Assembly (NCBI GenBank): GCA_026770705.1 | Contig: JANJGN010000026.1 | Span: 28,210,001-28,274,000 of the forward strand | Length of the DNA stretch: 64,000 nt | Source: Isurus oxyrinchus | Taxonomy: Eukaryota | Reading direction: 5' to 3' | Shown: piece by piece, positions 61,950-64,000 of the stretch | Layout: the number at the start of each line of letters is the position of its first letter | Numbering within the stretch: position 1 is the stretch's first letter | The notes under the pieces: generated by a model | What the model saw: the letters and a program-made list of their open reading frames with translations, nothing else | Database searches by the model: none | Told to the model about the DNA's origin: nothing | Position numbers and translations under genes: made by a program

Positions 61950-62756
61950 ACTGCCCTCTGGTGGCGGAAGCATGCACTACAAGGTACAACTTTACAGCAC
62001 TTGTTAGCCTGCGGAACACGAGACTGAGTTGAAAAATTTCCGATCCGAAACTATACTGCATTTTTTGTTTATTTATTTATCTTAAAATTTTAGGCTGCAC
62101 CAGGCGGTGATTAATATGATTTTTAAAAACACACATCTTCCAGACAAAGGCTGTTTTATCTTTCCCTAATGTAGCGTCTTTATCAGACCTGAGTCACGGA
62201 GGTTATGTCACGCAGCCGCTTTCCCCATGAGTTAAGACATAAGGAGAATTGGTGACTTTAAAATGTCACTTTAAAATAACACTACATGGAGCAGCAACTG
62301 ATATCAACAACAAGCTGCAAAACAGCCAGTGCTTAATCTGATAAAATATCTAAACGATTCTGAAGATAAAACGGACTTCAGAAAAATCTGTTTATTTCTG
62401 CACACTTGACAACTTGACAAAATTCAGCATTTCACCATCTCCGGGCTTCAAATGAACAAAGCTGCAGTTTATTATTGCGCCCTGAGACTCACAATGTTGG
62501 GATCCAGTTAAACCCTCGAACAGCTACTCCCGCCCAGTTGTAACTCAGAAACTTTCCCTGCTGATGTCACTTATAACGGAGACTAGATGCGAAGGCCATC
62601 ACAAAACAATTATGTAGAAAATCTGTCAGGTTCCTATGCTTAATCATAATATAAGCTTTGTGTGTATTTAAGGAGAGCACATTACTCTGAGCTACACACT
62701 TTCTCTGAACTGCATTTGAAAATGTTTTCAAGTGAGAGCCACCAGAGGGCAGCAAT
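61950..62756. promoter_or_regulatory. Two divergent CTCF-consensus motifs (minus ~61952-61966, plus ~62739-62754)
   Basis: GCCACCAGAGGGCAG on each strand. Other candidates at ~26393(-), 29343(-), 32780(+), 34390(+). Confidence 0.55.
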
Positions 62757-62959
62757 AGCATGGATTATGAAAGAAAGCCAGGCAGCGTGTGTGGGGATAT
62801 TAACAGATTTAACTTTGCAGACAGATGACCCTCCAGCATAAACTTATCACTAATCATACTGAGATAATCGACACGGACCAACCGACAGAGTCCCGAATGC
62901 AGTAGGTGATGGGTTGCCTGTTGGTTTGGTTGTCGGAATGTGTTATAGATTGAAAACTC

Positions 62960-63290
62960 TTTTTTATTATTTCACGCGTGTGACCGTCGCTGGCAAGGAC
63001 AGCATTTCTTGCTCATCAAATAAATTCCCTTGAGTAAATTGAGATGGTGAGCCGCCTTCTTGAACAGCTATAGTTCACCTGTTCTTGTGATGAGATGTTT
63101 TGTTAGTGATTATAGGGAGGGAATTCCGGAATGTTGACAGTGAAAGAACGCATGTCAGGATGATATGTGGCTGGGAGGGGAAATTGTAGGTGCTGGTGTT
63201 CTTTTTGTTTAGGTGTAAGAGATTGAGGATTTGGGAAATACCGTCGAAGTTGTCCTGACGCGTTCATAAAGCAATCAATTTTAAATGCAG
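62960..63290 (-). mobile_element. CR1-like 3' fragment
   Basis: Reverse complement of the 49600-49850-type tail. Confidence 0.6.
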
Positions 63291-63926
63291 GCAATAATTT
63301 CCAGTGGAAGCCATGGTTGCCGTGGTTAACTAATGAATTTCTGCAAACATGGTGATTGCTGAAATTTGTATGCTGTAAATATTTATAATGTTCAATTCAG
63401 ACATGATTGCTGAGCGCATGAGGTGTCCGTACACCCTGAATCCGTCAAAAAGCCAATCACCTCTCCTCCATCATTGAATTCATTTCAGATGTGGTATTTG
63501 TCTATTTACCACTTTGTTGTATTCAAATTCCACAGGAGCTAGTGGCCGCGTGTATCGTCTGCGGGGAGTCTTCATAGTCAGACAGCATCTCTTTCAACTG
63601 GGTGCTCCGGTTCTGAAACTGGAATGGCATTCACTGTTTTCCCTCTTTTTCTCCGCCTGACTGATTGAATCGTTAAAGGGCCAACATTGGGTATAAACCC
63701 TGCCCCATTCCCTATTGTATGAATCGGGGGTCAAAGGAGCTGTGAGCTAATTGGCTTAATTGAAAACAAAGGAGTTTTAAGCTGATTGGATGTCACCTGA
63801 TGACGCTGTCAGCAATGATCCAATCAGCAGCGATGCGGATGTCACTCAATCTCTAACCAATTCTTGGTGAAAAGAATTTCAGCTTCAGTCCGTTCTCGTC
63901 ATATCCACCGCGAGCTCTCTACAAAC

Positions 63927-63978
63927 ATGTCGCCCGTTACTTTGAACTTATTCCTCACAGCGGCAGCTCTTTTAATTG
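63927..63978 (+). CDS. Leader exon of a further V segment (paralog of 56761); V exon beyond the window
   Basis: MSPVTLNLFLTAAALLI with phase-1 GTAGGT donor and a homologous promoter. Confidence 0.85.
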
Positions 63979-64000
63979 GTAGGTTCACAAATTGCGAAAC

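Noticed and set aside
1-64000. TCR constant exons, D-delta/J-delta/J-alpha segments, RAG-like transposase
   Set aside because: None recognised in this window. The alpha/delta assignment rests on V sequence type and the NAR-TCR cassette.

Overview
Vertebrate genomic DNA, by repeat content and gene type a cartilaginous fish (shark). It is part of the variable-segment region of the T-cell receptor alpha/delta locus. At 3.4-7.6 kb lies a complete, apparently intact NAR-TCR cassette: leader + IgNAR-like V (22-RSS), a 12/12-RSS D, a 23-RSS J, and a leaderless 'supporting' V-delta. The two V domains carry the paired non-canonical cysteines (FR1 and CDR1). About 17 further TRAV/TRDV-type V segments or remnants follow in both orientations. 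Three look intact (31846+, 41304-, 51765-), two are open but defective (10684+, 56967+), and the rest are pseudogenes; one more leader runs off the window end. Interspersed are CR1 LINEs, Penelope elements with hammerhead-like motifs, SINEs, an intron-containing tRNA-Arg(TCT) pseudogene, a two-exon GPR139/142-like GPCR pseudogene, minisatellites and a 131-N gap. Most unusual observations: (1) a 62-bp-period tandem array of 23-RSSs behind the supporting V-delta; (2) a shared FR3-end + 24-bp-spacer RSS + CTCF-motif module on four V segments of two different families; (3) a V family whose leader and V are one exon. All coordinates were read by eye; no database searches were run.
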